Source of the DNA: Octopus sinensis
Lineage: Eukaryota
Direction of reading: 5' to 3'
DNA: 64,000 bases
Assembly: GCF_006345805.1 (NCBI RefSeq)
Contig: NC_043013.1
Location: 15,252,001 to 15,316,000 of the forward strand
Shown here: positions 28,701 to 42,364 of the stretch, piece after piece
How positions within the stretch are numbered: position 1 is the stretch's first letter
How the letters are laid out: each line of letters opens with the position of its first letter
Translations under genes and position numbers: made by a program
Notes under the pieces: model-generated
Seen by the model: the letters and a program-made list of their open reading frames with translations, nothing else
The model's database searches: none
Told to the model about the DNA's origin: nothing

Positions 28701-30347
28701 AATGTAAAAAGGACAGGGTGGTCATAGATGGAATCCATTTGATTACTATTGACCTGATTACTAATTTTAATAAAACTCTATAGCAAGGCACCAGTGCTTG
28801 TTTCTCTATCATACTTGAGCCTCTCAATATAAGTAGCAATGATGACTCCTGTTATTGGGTTAAAGTGAATTTTATTGTTTCTGTGTATTTCCAGATCAGA
28901 ATTGAAGAAAACTATGATGAAAGACATTTTTATTTTAATAGTCTTATCATTAGTGTATCAGGAATGGAGTTTTTGCTCAGTTTGATATTTGAGCTGGCAG
29001 GGTGTGAGTTGTAAGAGCTTTGGCTGCTATTTTCAGCAGGTTAAGTGACCATGTGTCATTTGAGCAATTCCCTTTCTCCTGTTCATTCTCTTCGGTGTCT
29101 TCTTTCTGTCTTATACTTTCTATTCATGACTTCAGAGTAGGCGCCTGAATTGACAGGCTAGCTAGTTCATTACTTTGACAATGTTGTCACCTTTAACTTG
29201 TTAGTGTTCAGATTAATCTGTCAAATGTAATGCTTATTTGTTCATGTTATTTTGAATTATTCGGGTTCAAGTGGGGTGTCCACAATACTTGCTTGTAACT
29301 TTGCTAATTTTTTTTACATGCAGATAAAAAATTTTGTTAGTGGGCTCTTATATACCAGTAAATTATAGTTATGTAATTTTAGCTGATCTTGTTGATTAAA
29401 TTTGACTTCTACGGGCAGGTAAATTTCAATAACAAGTGTAAAAGCAATAACATTATGGATAAACACTAAAATAGAATTTCTTAAAGCATCTTACCTGTTA
29501 GATGACTGTGGCCATGCTGAGGCACTGCCTTGGAGAGTTTTTTAGTCAAATGAATCAAACCCATTACTTATTATTTTTTGTGGACTTATTCTATTAGGGA
29601 ACTGCTAAGTTGCAGGGATTTAAACCCAACACTGGCTGGCAAGTAGTGGCAGGAGACAAAGAGGCACACACATATGCACATATACGACAGACTTCTTTGT
29701 GTTTCCATCTACCAGTTCTTCTCACAAGGCTTTGGTTGGCCTGTGGCCATAGTAGAAAGCATTTGTCCAAGGTGCTGCACAGTGGAACTGAACCTGGAAC
29801 CATGTGGTTGCACCTATACACACACAATCCAGACACATTCCAGAAGGCTGCATTTAAGCACCTCAGTTACAGTCCTCAGAACCCACTCCCTCCTTGAAAT
29901 TTAAGTGTGTTTGTTAATAAACACTGCCCTTGGTATCATGTTACTCAAATAAATATCCAGGTGTGCACTAGAGTAGTTTTTTTTTTAATATAGCCATCGC
30001 TCTTGCAATATATTTTTTTTTGTTCCTGACTATTCTCTATTGTTTCTTTGTTTTGATTTATTTTTCTAGGAATTGCAAGAGAAAGAAAGCCAGCTGTCAC
30101 CTAAAGAAAATAACTTCCAACCTAAAATTGATACTGAAACACCTAGTAAATTCTTGGGCCAAGGAAAAGAATATCATCCCAAATTTGAGCTTGATGTACG
30201 TTTCATCATCAGCGTCATTTTTTTTATTACTACTACTACTACTACTACTATTATTATTATTATTACTATTATTATTATTATTACTATCATTTATTATTAT
30301 TATCATTTATTATTATTATCATTTATTATTATTATCATTTATTATTA

Positions 30348-30383
<36 letters not shown>

Positions 30384-33300
30384 GGAGTTGATGTAACTGA
30401 CTTACTCCCATCTTCAAAGTTTCAGGCCTTGTGCCTATACTAGAAAGGATCATTGTTCTTAAAGGATAGATCAAAATTTTTATTACACCAAAAAGGTTGA
30501 TAAATTTACCACCCCTCCCTTTGCTATAAACATCCCCACCCACATACTCTCCCTTTATAATCTATCATCTCTCTTCACAATGTCATTATACCCATAACTG
30601 ACAGGAAATTATGTGGTTTGTGCATACTAAATATCTCCCATCTCCATACTTGTATCACATATATCCTGCAACTCCTTCTTCCTCCTATATTATGAGTCAT
30701 CCACTCCTCTGCCTAGCAGTAGACATTTCTTATTTGATGTATATACTGTATATGTCAAATAATCTTACTATATATATATATGTTTAAAAAAAATTTTTTT
30801 TTTTGTTCAGGATTTGACTTCAGTGCTGGAATCACAAATGAAGGGCCTGTCTACATCTCATTCAAGAAGATCTAGCATTGTAAGATTTCAACACACATTT
30901 ATTTCTATGATATTGCACTGTCTCAATTTTTCTTCTTTTACATATTAAGTCCATCTTTCAAGCCAAATGACCAAGAAACAATGTGTGTGTATTTATATGT
31001 ATGTGTGTGTGCAGAGGCACTGGCATTAGGAAGGGCATCCAGCCATAGAAACCATGCCAAATCAGACTGGAGTCTTGTGTAGCCTTCCAGCTTGCTAGCC
31101 CTGGTCAAACTGTCCAACCCATGCCAACATGGACAACAGATGTTAAATGATGATGATGATGATGTGCTTTTGTATATTTATGTATCTGTGTGTGTGTGTG
31201 TGCATATTTATATTCATCTGTGTGTTTATGTATATATATATATATATCTTTCTTCATCATATTTTAGCCATGGGGTGAACTGTTCAGTAAACATATTGAA
31301 GAAGGTGTGAAAATTAGTGCTAATGCTCGTACTGAGGAATTCGGTGGTTCTCAGGAAGTTGAAGCTGTCAGTGATGTGAGTTTATTTTTATTACCATTGT
31401 CTATTGTGATGGATTGACAAAATACCTTGTATTTCTTCCAACTCTTTATGTTCTAAGCTCAAATACCATAGAGTTTGACTTTGTTTTTCATCCTGCTGTG
31501 GTTAATAAAATAAAGTGCCAGTCAAGTTCTGGGGTCCAACCCCTCTCTACTTAAACTATTAGTCTTGTGCTTAAATTAGAAACACTTATTTAATGCAGGG
31601 GATTGGCTGACTTATCAAGCATTGGACAAAATTCCTTGCAGTGTTTAGTTACTGCACTTTATATTATATTCACCTCTCATCCACTCTCTAATTTTTTCTC
31701 ACACTGATGCAACCTCTACCTACTCATATCTCTGGTTCTTCTGCTTCTATTCACTTCTCATCTTATACCTTGAGGGTCCATACAGACACCTCGTCACCAC
31801 TATTTTATTTCTTTCCAACTCATCCCTATCACCCTTCACCCTCTCTTATAAAATGTGAGTAGCCATGTAGCCCCTCTGTTGCAAGGAACCTGTTCTGCTC
31901 TGGGTCCTTCTTTTATACTTTAACCCCTCATCTAGCATAAAGTCACCTCTCTTTTGAGATCCAAGTGTTGCAAGTTGTTTGGTGACCTCACTCGTGCTGG
32001 TGGCATGAAAATAGTACCCAGTCCATGCTGTGAAGTGCTTCACATTAGGAAGTAAATCCAGCAATAGTAACTGTGCCAAAGTTGACAGTGGAGTGCAATG
32101 CTGTCCTTGAGCGCAGTGGATCCTATCAAACCAACCAACCTATGTCAGCATAGAACATGGATGTTAAATGATTATGATGGTTACATTCTAAGTTCAAAAA
32201 TCACCTGAGTCAACTCTACCTTTCATCTTTTCAGGTGTGATAAAATAGATTACCAGTGAAGCACTGAAGTTGATCTCTAATTGACTATATGTCCCTCCTC
32301 ACTCTGTAAAATGTATTGCCTTTTGTCTTATGTTTGAAATTCTATTATTCTTTTAATTGATATTTTTCTTTCCTTCTTTATGAAATTTCAGAAGAATGAG
32401 GGTCCACTGAACGGTGTTGTAATTTCTGTCGCTCGCAAATTGAGTGCCAAACAATCCCTCTACAATGACATGGCTGTATCACTTGGTGCTGATTACACCT
32501 GGACCTATGACGACACATGTACTCATTTCATTTTCCAGGTAAGTTACCCACAACTTTAGTGAGACTAGAACTATACATCTATAGGTTCTTGTAATGACCA
32601 CAATAAACTTTAAGCAAAAATTGTCTTGTGACAATTCTCTGCAGCATTTGTTTTGCATTGTGTATTTCCTATCACTGTATCTGTTGTAATTGTTCTTGTT
32701 TCACCTCAGGTTTACTCTATCAGTTTTGACCTAGGTCTACCTTAATCAAGCAGAATTTTAAACAAATGTATTCCTACAATGACCATCCCATATCTTCATA
32801 TATCTCAAGCCAAAGTCCTGTCTTTTTCCTTCTAAATGTGGTGTAATTCAAAGATGTCTGGCTGCTAATTTTAGCTGAAGTGAAGCTCCTCATTAGCTTG
32901 TGTGTTGTTCTTGTGTATGATAATAAAGAAACAGTCTCTTTTCAATGGGAAAATTCCCCAAATTTTTTTTTCTAAATGCAGGGCAAACAGAATGACATCA
33001 ACAGAGAGTTTCGGTTGGCTCGAGATCAAAAGAAAATAATTGTTTCACCCTACTGGCTGATCATGGTTTGTATAATTCCTTTGTACACTGTAACTCATCA
33101 GCACCACCACCACTGCCACCACAGCCCACCTGTCTTTCAATACTGGCACATAGAGGTCTTCTCTACCATGGCATCGTAACAAATGTTCTGATCCCTTGTC
33201 ATCCTCATGAAATCAAGCATCCTGAGAGTAGACTTCACTGTTTATTTTTATGTCTTCAGCATCTTCCTTTACGATTGCTTTACACCTTTTCACCCAACTG

Positions 33301-36300
33301 CCATCCTTCATGTGCATCACATATCTGTACAAGTGCAGATATGTTACAATTGATTCTTCCTCCTTATATTATATATTTCAACATCATCAGTAGTTGATAG
33401 GTTTACTTTTGCTATTGTTTAGCCCAGTAAACATATGATTAGAGATGTTCCAACCATAACCATCTTGCTTTTTATTCAGATACAGAACATCAACTGTTAT
33501 GTTCTTTTTGATGATGTTAGGATGTAATATAATCTTTTAGCATTCAGTTTTCTTTCTCAAATGTATTTCTTATTTATTTACATTATTTTGAATTACGTAT
33601 TACCATGTAGCTTCAAGATTTCAATGGTGTTTGTATATTTTTAGAATGACATTGTAGGGTAGTTGCGAGAGGTTGGATCTGATCAATTGTAACATAAAAT
33701 GACAGAATATTTGGGCCGGGTATTCCCTGATTAAATACTAAAGCATTTGTCACTTCTAACAGATGAATTGGCCGCATAGTGGCTGGCTTGTTGGTTCTTG
33801 ATAGTGGATGGAAATAGGTTTGGAGAATGAGTTTCACAAGAATATTGTTTTAAGAAAGAAGAATTGTGTACAATGTTCATAGGATCTAGAGCTGTGATTA
33901 TTAATGTGGGCAATGATACTTCTTGGAGTATTCTGGCAAAAGTTGATGGTGTGCTGGGTTGTTTAGAAGGGTCAAATCAGTTACAATGCTTATAAAAAAA
34001 CATGCAAAAGAATTCTTTATCAGGATTAGTATATCATTGGGTTATCAGTGAGCAGAAACATGACTGAAATGTCCAATAAAATTTTGTTATATAAGCACAA
34101 ATATGACTATGGTTGAGAAGTCTTTGATTCAGTCCCACTGTGCAGCACCTTGACCAAGTGTCTTCTGCTATAGTCCTAAGCTGAGTGAAGCCTTGTAGCT
34201 AAATTTGGTAGGCAGAAATTGAAAGAAGCTTGTCACATATGTATATATGTGTGTGTTTGTGTGTGCCCTAGTTTTGACATTACACGATAGCTATAAAACA
34301 CATCACTGTCATACAAGCAGTGTTGATCGTTTTTAGTTTTCTGTAAAAAATATATCTGGCCATGGAGAAATGTTTACCTTGCTTGGAAACAGGTGAGAGT
34401 TAGAGACAAAAAGAGCAACCAGCCATAGAGAATTTACATCAACAAATTATGCAAGCATGGGAAAGTGGATGTTAAATGATGATGAAACTAGAATGTTAGT
34501 TATAAAATATTAATCAATGGGTTTGAACACTATCTGATGTTTGAATGACGTTGACACTTGCTTACAGCAATCACATGATGTCAAACCAAGGAAACAGCAA
34601 CTCTCTCTCTTTCTCTCAGTCTCCCTCTTTCTCACACACACATGACATGTTTTTAATTTCCATCTACCAAATCAACTGAAAAGGCTTTGGTTAGCCTGGG
34701 GCTATAGTAGAAGACACTTGGCCAAAGTGCCATGCAGTGTGACTAATCCTGGAACTAAGTGGTTAGGAAGCAAGCTTCTTAAATATACAGTCATGCCTGT
34801 GCCTAGCTCACCTGTGAAAAATTTAATGTGTTACTCTATTATGTCTTTCAGTGTAAAGAACAAAATGTGTACGTCGACGAGTCTTTGTTTCCTCACACAT
34901 TTAATCCAAATTTGAACTTGGTAAGTCAATAGTTTGATAATACATTCAACTATATTATTAGTTCCGTTCTTTTAGTATTGAATACCTTGATTTTTGTGGC
35001 CTTTCTAATTTTTATTTTACTTCCTGATGGTGCAGATTTATAATGACAATGATTTGGTGTTTAAACTTTAGTTTCAATGATTGTGAGGTTAGGGCATTTG
35101 AACTACTGACTACACACGCCTGAATTACAGATTTTACTCCTATTAATGTGATGTGCTTCTGAGCAAAGTACCAAGCTTGCTTAGACTAAATACCCACCCC
35201 CATTAAATGTCTGAATATCTGAGATCACTTGCTGTTTATAAATTTTTAGACTATTTAGATCATATGTAGAGGTGGAAAATTCTTTGATATTTACAGCTTT
35301 ACCACTTTCTGATTGGTTTGATCTCTGATCATCATCAGCTGTCTTATTGCTAAATCAATACATATATATTACTGAACTAGATTTGAAATAAAAGGTTTTA
35401 ATTCTAGATTATAAGAAATGATGTTATTATCTTTCTTAGTTTTAGAAATATATGTTCCTAGATTGAATCTAGCCTGATTATAATGTGAATATTCAAAAAT
35501 AAGATAGCTGGTGAAAATCAAAGATTAAAATACAGCATTGTCAACTTTTTTTTTTTTGTCATTATATTGCTAAATTTTGAATTTAATAGTTCCAAAATGT
35601 CAAAAAAGATGTTCTACTCTGCAACGTAATTGAATGGTTAAAACAAGGATGAATACCCAGATTAAAAACTAATTTTTCCAATAAGTAAATCATTCCAACT
35701 ATATAAACATGGAAAATATGTATAAACAGTAAATATAAAACAAAGAAAATATAAAATGAATTTAGCTTGACCAAGATTTGAGCTCAGAAGATAGGATTTG
35801 ACGGTCCAAAATTTTATCTACTTGGCTGTTATACTTCCCACAGAATTTTAAATTAAATATATTAAGAACATTCCAAAATAGAGAAGACTTTAAAAAAGAA
35901 AAACTTTTACAGTTCTTCTGAGAAACCAAAAATCTGCTGAACTAGAAACTTTGAATACTTTGCTTAATATTTCAGCAATCTGTTATGAACAGCTCCAAAG
36001 AAACACCACGTCGTAAGATGCGGTCTACTAGGACTGATGTCTGTTCCAGTACACCTGTTGCCAAAAAGACTCCTAGAGTCTTCAGACATGATGTAGAAGC
36101 TGTTCCTGAACCAGAAGCAGAGGAAGAAAGGATGGAAATAAATGCTTTGTTACCTGTCACTACTGATGAAGAATTAATGGAACTTGAAGAAACAAAGAAA
36201 CCTGATGTGGAGAATGTGAGTATTCTGAGAGTAGGTCTTTGTCTCAATTTTTTTCATTCTGTTACTGATTTTTCGTTGTTGGACTGCAGTCATGCTAGAG

Positions 36301-39300
36301 CACTGCCTTCCATTGGCAAAATGCCTTATTTGTTCTGGCTCTCTACATTCTCTACCTGATGGAATAAACTTTCTTTTGTCTGTTTCTTTTACTAGAGCAC
36401 TACATTTCAATATAGTTATTTAATTTTTAACAGTTATCCCTGCAAGGGTTCCAAATGAATATGTGGTATTCATTATTTAGGATGGAAAGTAAATATGATA
36501 ATAAATACTTCCTCCTCCAACTCATACATCATTAGTTGTTGCCCACTTATTCCTTATCCATTATTCACCACATCAAAACTTTATCCATATCCAATCTATA
36601 CAATTGTCACCTACCTCTTTTGCAACCTCCACCCACCCTTACTCCTGGTGCCTCTGTCCCCACTCACTACCTTGAGAGTCCTCCCGAGCACCTCATTGCC
36701 TCTGTTTTGTTTCTTCCTCACTCCACTGTGACCCCACCCATTCCAGTCTCTTCTAAAATGTGAGTAGCCTTATAGTTCTTCTACTGCAAGAAACTTGTTC
36801 TACTCTGGCCCCTTTTTTTTCATACTTGAAACCCCACTTATCATCTTCTAGTATAAAAGCCACCTCTCTCAGGGTTCGTAGTCTTGCAAGTTGCATAGCA
36901 ACCTCACCAGTGCTGGTGGCATGAAAAGAGTACCTGGAACATGATGTAAAGTGGTTGGCTTCAGGAAAGGCATCCAGCTGCTGAAGCTAAGCTGAATCAG
37001 ACACTTGAACATGATGCAGTCCATGTGTCCATCAGATCCAGTCAAATCATCCAACACATACCAGCATGGAATATTGATGTTGATGATGATATATTCTCTG
37101 TATATAATTGAATCACACATTTCTTTTTTTTTTTTTTTTTCCTGAAATTTTTATATGCAGGCTGTTGAAATGGCTGAAATTCAAGAAGCTTTAAATAAAG
37201 AGCTAGAAAATATTAAAGCTTCTGGGTAAGTTATTTTTTAACATTTTTTTTACATGTCTTCTAAGGCAGAATTGTTAGTGTTTGACAAAATGCATTGTGG
37301 TATTTCTTGTGGGTATTTGTTCTGAGTTCAAATTGCACAGAGGTTTGATAAATTAAAGTACCGGTGAGGAACTGGGGTTGATATAATTGACTGTTCCTTT
37401 CCTCCAGATTTCTAGTCTTGTGCCAAAATTTGTAACTGTTGTTATTAATTGTCCTTTCATCATCAATAAAATAAAATACTAATTGAGAAGCTCAAAATTC
37501 CTGGCCTTGTATCAAAATTAGTAATAGATATTAAAGGTGGTAGTTTAGCCGAACCATTAGAGCATTGGACAAATATTTTACAGTTTTATTCTGGTATTTT
37601 ATGTTCTGAGTTTAAATCCCACTGAAATCAACTTTGCTTTTGTTCCTTTCAGAGTCAGCAAAATATTATCTCTCAAGTCCTAGTGTCAATTTAATCCTTT
37701 TGTTAACATATATTAGTAGAACATAATGCTTTTGTTTCAATTAGTTTTGAATGAAGAATTTCGTAAAATACTTTTATCAATATTAAGGTGATGTTTGGGA
37801 CATAAACAAACATGAAATTTTAACAGAAAGTTTGTATTGTAGAACCAGGATAGTCACAGATAAGTTGGTATCAAAGGGTTGATTAATGAATACCATCAAA
37901 ATTATGGCCTTGTGCCTATCTTTGAAACAATTAATTGCTGACTTTGTGCCTAGATTGGAAACATTTATCATTCTTAATTCTGGTTGACAGTCAATGAGTT
38001 GGCAGAATCATTACTACACTGGACAAAATGCTTAGCAGCATTTCTTCCCACTCTTTTCTTTCTGAATTCAAATGCTGCTGCAGTCAGCTTTACCTTTTTA
38101 GCCTTTCAGTATTGATAAAATAAGTACCATTTGAGCATTGGAGTTAATGTGAATGGCTTAGCCCCACCCAGTAAAATTGCTGGCCTTGTGCCAGAATTTT
38201 GAAGAAATATTGACTTTTTTTTTTTAATAGTTGTGCAAGGTCATGTTTGCAACAAATTTCTGAACTAATTATTTTACATTAATTACTTAAATTATTATTA
38301 ATACTGATAGAATAAACTTTTTTTTCTGCTCCTTTTACTAAAACACCACATTTCAAATGCTTTTGTATCACTTTGTATTTTGGCATTTTATTTGGTAGGT
38401 ACTTGTATATACTCAATGAAACCAATAACAAGCGCTTTGATATGATCACTTAATTTGCTACAAATAGCAACCAAATATTTTGCAAAAGAAAAAGGCATAT
38501 TGAATAATGTGATTTTAAATGCACTATTTCTGAATAAAAAATGGGGTGGTTATGGTTGGAGTAGCCATGGGTTTCATCATTATGTTAACTGGACCATGGC
38601 TGAACTGCAGTTGATCAACAACCCTCACACACACAGATTAGGTTTTCTAAAATCATGAATTTAAAACACTTGGAGAAAATTAACAACATACACACATATA
38701 AAAAATTTTTTTTCTTTTTTGTTTCAGCTCAAGGCGGCCAAAGAAGAGAAATAAGAAATGTAATGGTAACTTTTTATTTTTTTTGTATGTGTGTTGTTGA
38801 TATATATGAATGACTGAAAACCATTAAGGGAGTAAAGTCATACATTGCCTATATGTATGTATATATGACACATGTACATGCATGCAGATATATATATAAA
38901 GGCATCCTTCACATTACGGCTGCCTCAGGTTATGGGATTTCTTGCTGGCAGAAATTGTAAAGCATGACCTCTAATTTCGAGATATTGTCTGTAATTTTGT
39001 TTTTACAGAAACTCAGATTGCATACTTTTAAATTGTTAACAATTTAAAATTACACTTTCATGGTTACTTGTGTTTTACTTAAGATCAAAGAATATAGTTA
39101 ATGGTTTGAAAAAGTATCATCACATTACACACATACATACATGTGTATATAATGTACGTAATGCAAAGATATATATACACTTAGAAAGGGCATGCAGCCA
39201 CGTAAACCATGCCAAATCAGACCTTGGTGAGTGCTGGTGCCACATAAAAATCACCCAGTTCATTCTGTAAAGTGGTTGGTGTTAGGAAGGGCTTCCAGCT

Positions 39301-42300
39301 GTAAAAACCATACCACAACAGACAGTGGAGCTTGGTGCAGTCCTTTGGCTCACCAGCTTCTGTCAAACTGTCCAGTCCATGCAAGCATGGAAGAAGGACA
39401 GTAAATGAAAGCTACAAATAGCTACTTTGCTGTTGTTTATTCCTCGTCAGTGATGGTTATTTTTTTGGAAGTAAAAGTGATTGTGTTTTTCTGCTTCTTT
39501 TTATTTTCCAGTAAATTCTTCCTGTAATGACAGTCTCAACAACAGAAGCACACCATATTCTACCAAAGTTATAGCCACAGGTATGTAAGATATTGTCCTA
39601 TGTTCTTTATTTGTATTTGTGTGTGTTTATACAGAGATAGATAAATGAAGAGTAACAGGAAGTGGAGGGGAGAGAGAGGTGTGTGAGCTGTGTAATAAAG
39701 GAAAAAAATTATGTATGCATCAGTGTGTATGTATTTATTTATGTGTGTGTGTGTGTATGCACATATATATGCTTGTACACATATTGTAAGACTGTACCAC
39801 ACTTATTTTTCACCAATATCAAGATTAAAATTATGGGTATGTCTGCATGCATGTATACTTGATACACCCTTTCTTTCAACACTTTACTGACACATTTCTG
39901 TTCCTCCCTGTCTGTCTGTCTCTATCTATCTACCCCAACACTGTCCAATTAACATGGATATCTTATCTACCATTCTAGGTAAAGCGGCAGAACAGTCATC
40001 CAAAACTTCTGGTTCGGAATCCTCACAGAGTGTCCAGGTTACGTGGTATGATCCAACAGAAAGGTTTGTTTCATGCCAATCTCTACCTGCATCAAACTGT
40101 ATTTGTTCTTTTTCTTTATTCCATCATCATCTACCTACCATGTTACACTCTACCATTGCATATCTGACATTTAACGTCTTATCCTTCACTTACAGACTAG
40201 AGATGCAGAAGGTTGCTGCTCAGCTGGAGCGTGCATATTGTCCCACTCAAGATCCTCTTGAGGGTTTCACAACCACAAAACAAGACTGTGATGATCAACC
40301 GACTAATGGGGTAAGTTGTTTTCATTGAGAGCTGTGGTCATATTTTAGAACCTGGGTCACACATTATCCATTTTAGTTTCAGTCTTAGTTTAAATTTTAT
40401 TTTGCAATATTTAATAGGTGCAGTTGTGGCTGTGTGGTAAGAAGTTTGTTTCCCAACCACTTGGTTTCGGGTTCCATGTGGCATCATGGGCATATATTCT
40501 CTATAGCCTCAGGTCTACCAAAGTCTTATGAATGAATTTGGTAGACAGAAACAGAAAGAAGACTGTCATGTGTGTGTGTGTGTGTGTGTGTTTAGTTTAA
40601 CCCTATCTCGAGCTCTAATTCTAATTATGTCAATAATCCTGAATCTAACCTTGACCTTAATAAACTTTTCAACCATAAACTTCAATATTATCAACAACAA
40701 CAACTGTTTTGAGATATATATTAGATTTCAATTCCTTGTAACCCTCTCTTTTACAGAATGGAGAGTTAAATGATGGTGGGAAGAAAATCTCCTCCAGAAC
40801 ATCCACCCCAGAACAACCTTCCATTGGTAAATACTTCCTTATATATTTTGGGAGCTCCTGTTTCTCTTTATTGTCTTCTCTTAAATACATCAGCTAAAAC
40901 ATTCACAAGTTCTTCAACAAATTGGTTTCGTTCTTCAAAACTCTTATTTCATTTGTTGCAGTTTTACCACTGTCTAAGAAATTAGAAACTGTTGCTGCCC
41001 CTCAACCAATAGAGTTTCTGTCTGATGACGACACCCAGGATAATGCCACTACTGGAACAATGGTTGAATCACCATGCTTTTTATTATCTGGAATATCTCC
41101 CTCTGTGAGTATTTTGTAATTTACTATTTATTTTGAAACTGTCCCAGGCTCAATATGATGCTAGTAAGGGATTTACATACATACATATATACAAATATAT
41201 ATATTAGAAGAAATGAGGTACTCAGAAATCTGGATGGTTTTATATTTACAGATATTTATTAGTATGTTACATGTTTTTATAAATCATATATCATATATTA
41301 GCGCTTTCATCCCTTCTTGTGGAGTCTTCAAATTGAAGACTCCATTAGAATGGACGAAAGTGCTAATATATAATATATGATTTATAAAAACATGTAACAT
41401 ACTAATAAATATCTGTAAATATAAAACCATCCAGATTTCTGAGTACCTCATTTCTTCTATGTAATACCTGTACATCAGCTTCAAACCTATACTTACATGG
41501 TGAGCAAAAAGTGTACATACATCGCTATATGTATATATAAATTCAAAAAATGGAATAAGAACGCAACAGACGACAATAAAAACTTATGGATAGATAGGCA
41601 ATGCAAAGATGGCTCATTCGTGGCCTATCATTTATCAGTCAAGCCTCCAAATTATCATTACAGTTTCAGGATTACAAATATAAATATATATATATATATA
41701 TCCTTATAGAAAGCCAAGTTTGTATGTTGACTGCTGAAAATACTAAATAAAATTGATAATTTCAGGTTTTTCATCATTGAAATTAATTTGACCATTCTGC
41801 AGATAACTTATTTTCTGAAAACAGAATGAGGTGTGGGGGTGTATTGGCTCCTATTTCTAGCCATCTACATACTGTCTATTTCACCGTTATGCTTTTTACA
41901 GAGTGAAAAAAATACTCCACCTGTCACTCAATCTACCTCCAACTTTCTCTACGTTTATACATTACATTTATTCCTTTGAAGTCACTGCCAGACCTCTGCT
42001 TTCTCTCTGTTTATATGTTTCTATCTCTCACTATCTTCCTCTCTCTGGTTGTACATGTCTCTCTCTCTCTCCTCTCTCTCACTGCCTCTGCCTCTTTTTC
42101 TCTCCAGAGAAAAAAAATACATGCAACAAATAGAAAGGGGGATAGGGAGCATAAAACAAGTGAGACAGAGCTGTAACCACCTTTAAATTATGTTAGGCAA
42201 TATTGAAATACCTTTCAAGAACTTTTATTGTAAGGAAAATGGGCATTACAATAGATGCCAATATGTGCCTTATGAATACGTTTGAGCAACATTCAGACTG

Positions 42301-42308
42301 GGCCACTA

Positions 42309-42364
<56 letters not shown>

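Noticed and set aside
28894-29015. Possible extra exon after TTCCAG ([12 protein letters not shown]...)
   Set aside because: No suitable donor before an in-frame stop, no TOPBP1 similarity, and exons 19 and 20 join in phase without it
37255-38200. Regularly spaced repeats superficially resembling a CRISPR array
   Set aside because: Units are about 200-bp diverged SINE-like copies in a eukaryotic intron, with no short identical repeats, unique spacers or cas genes
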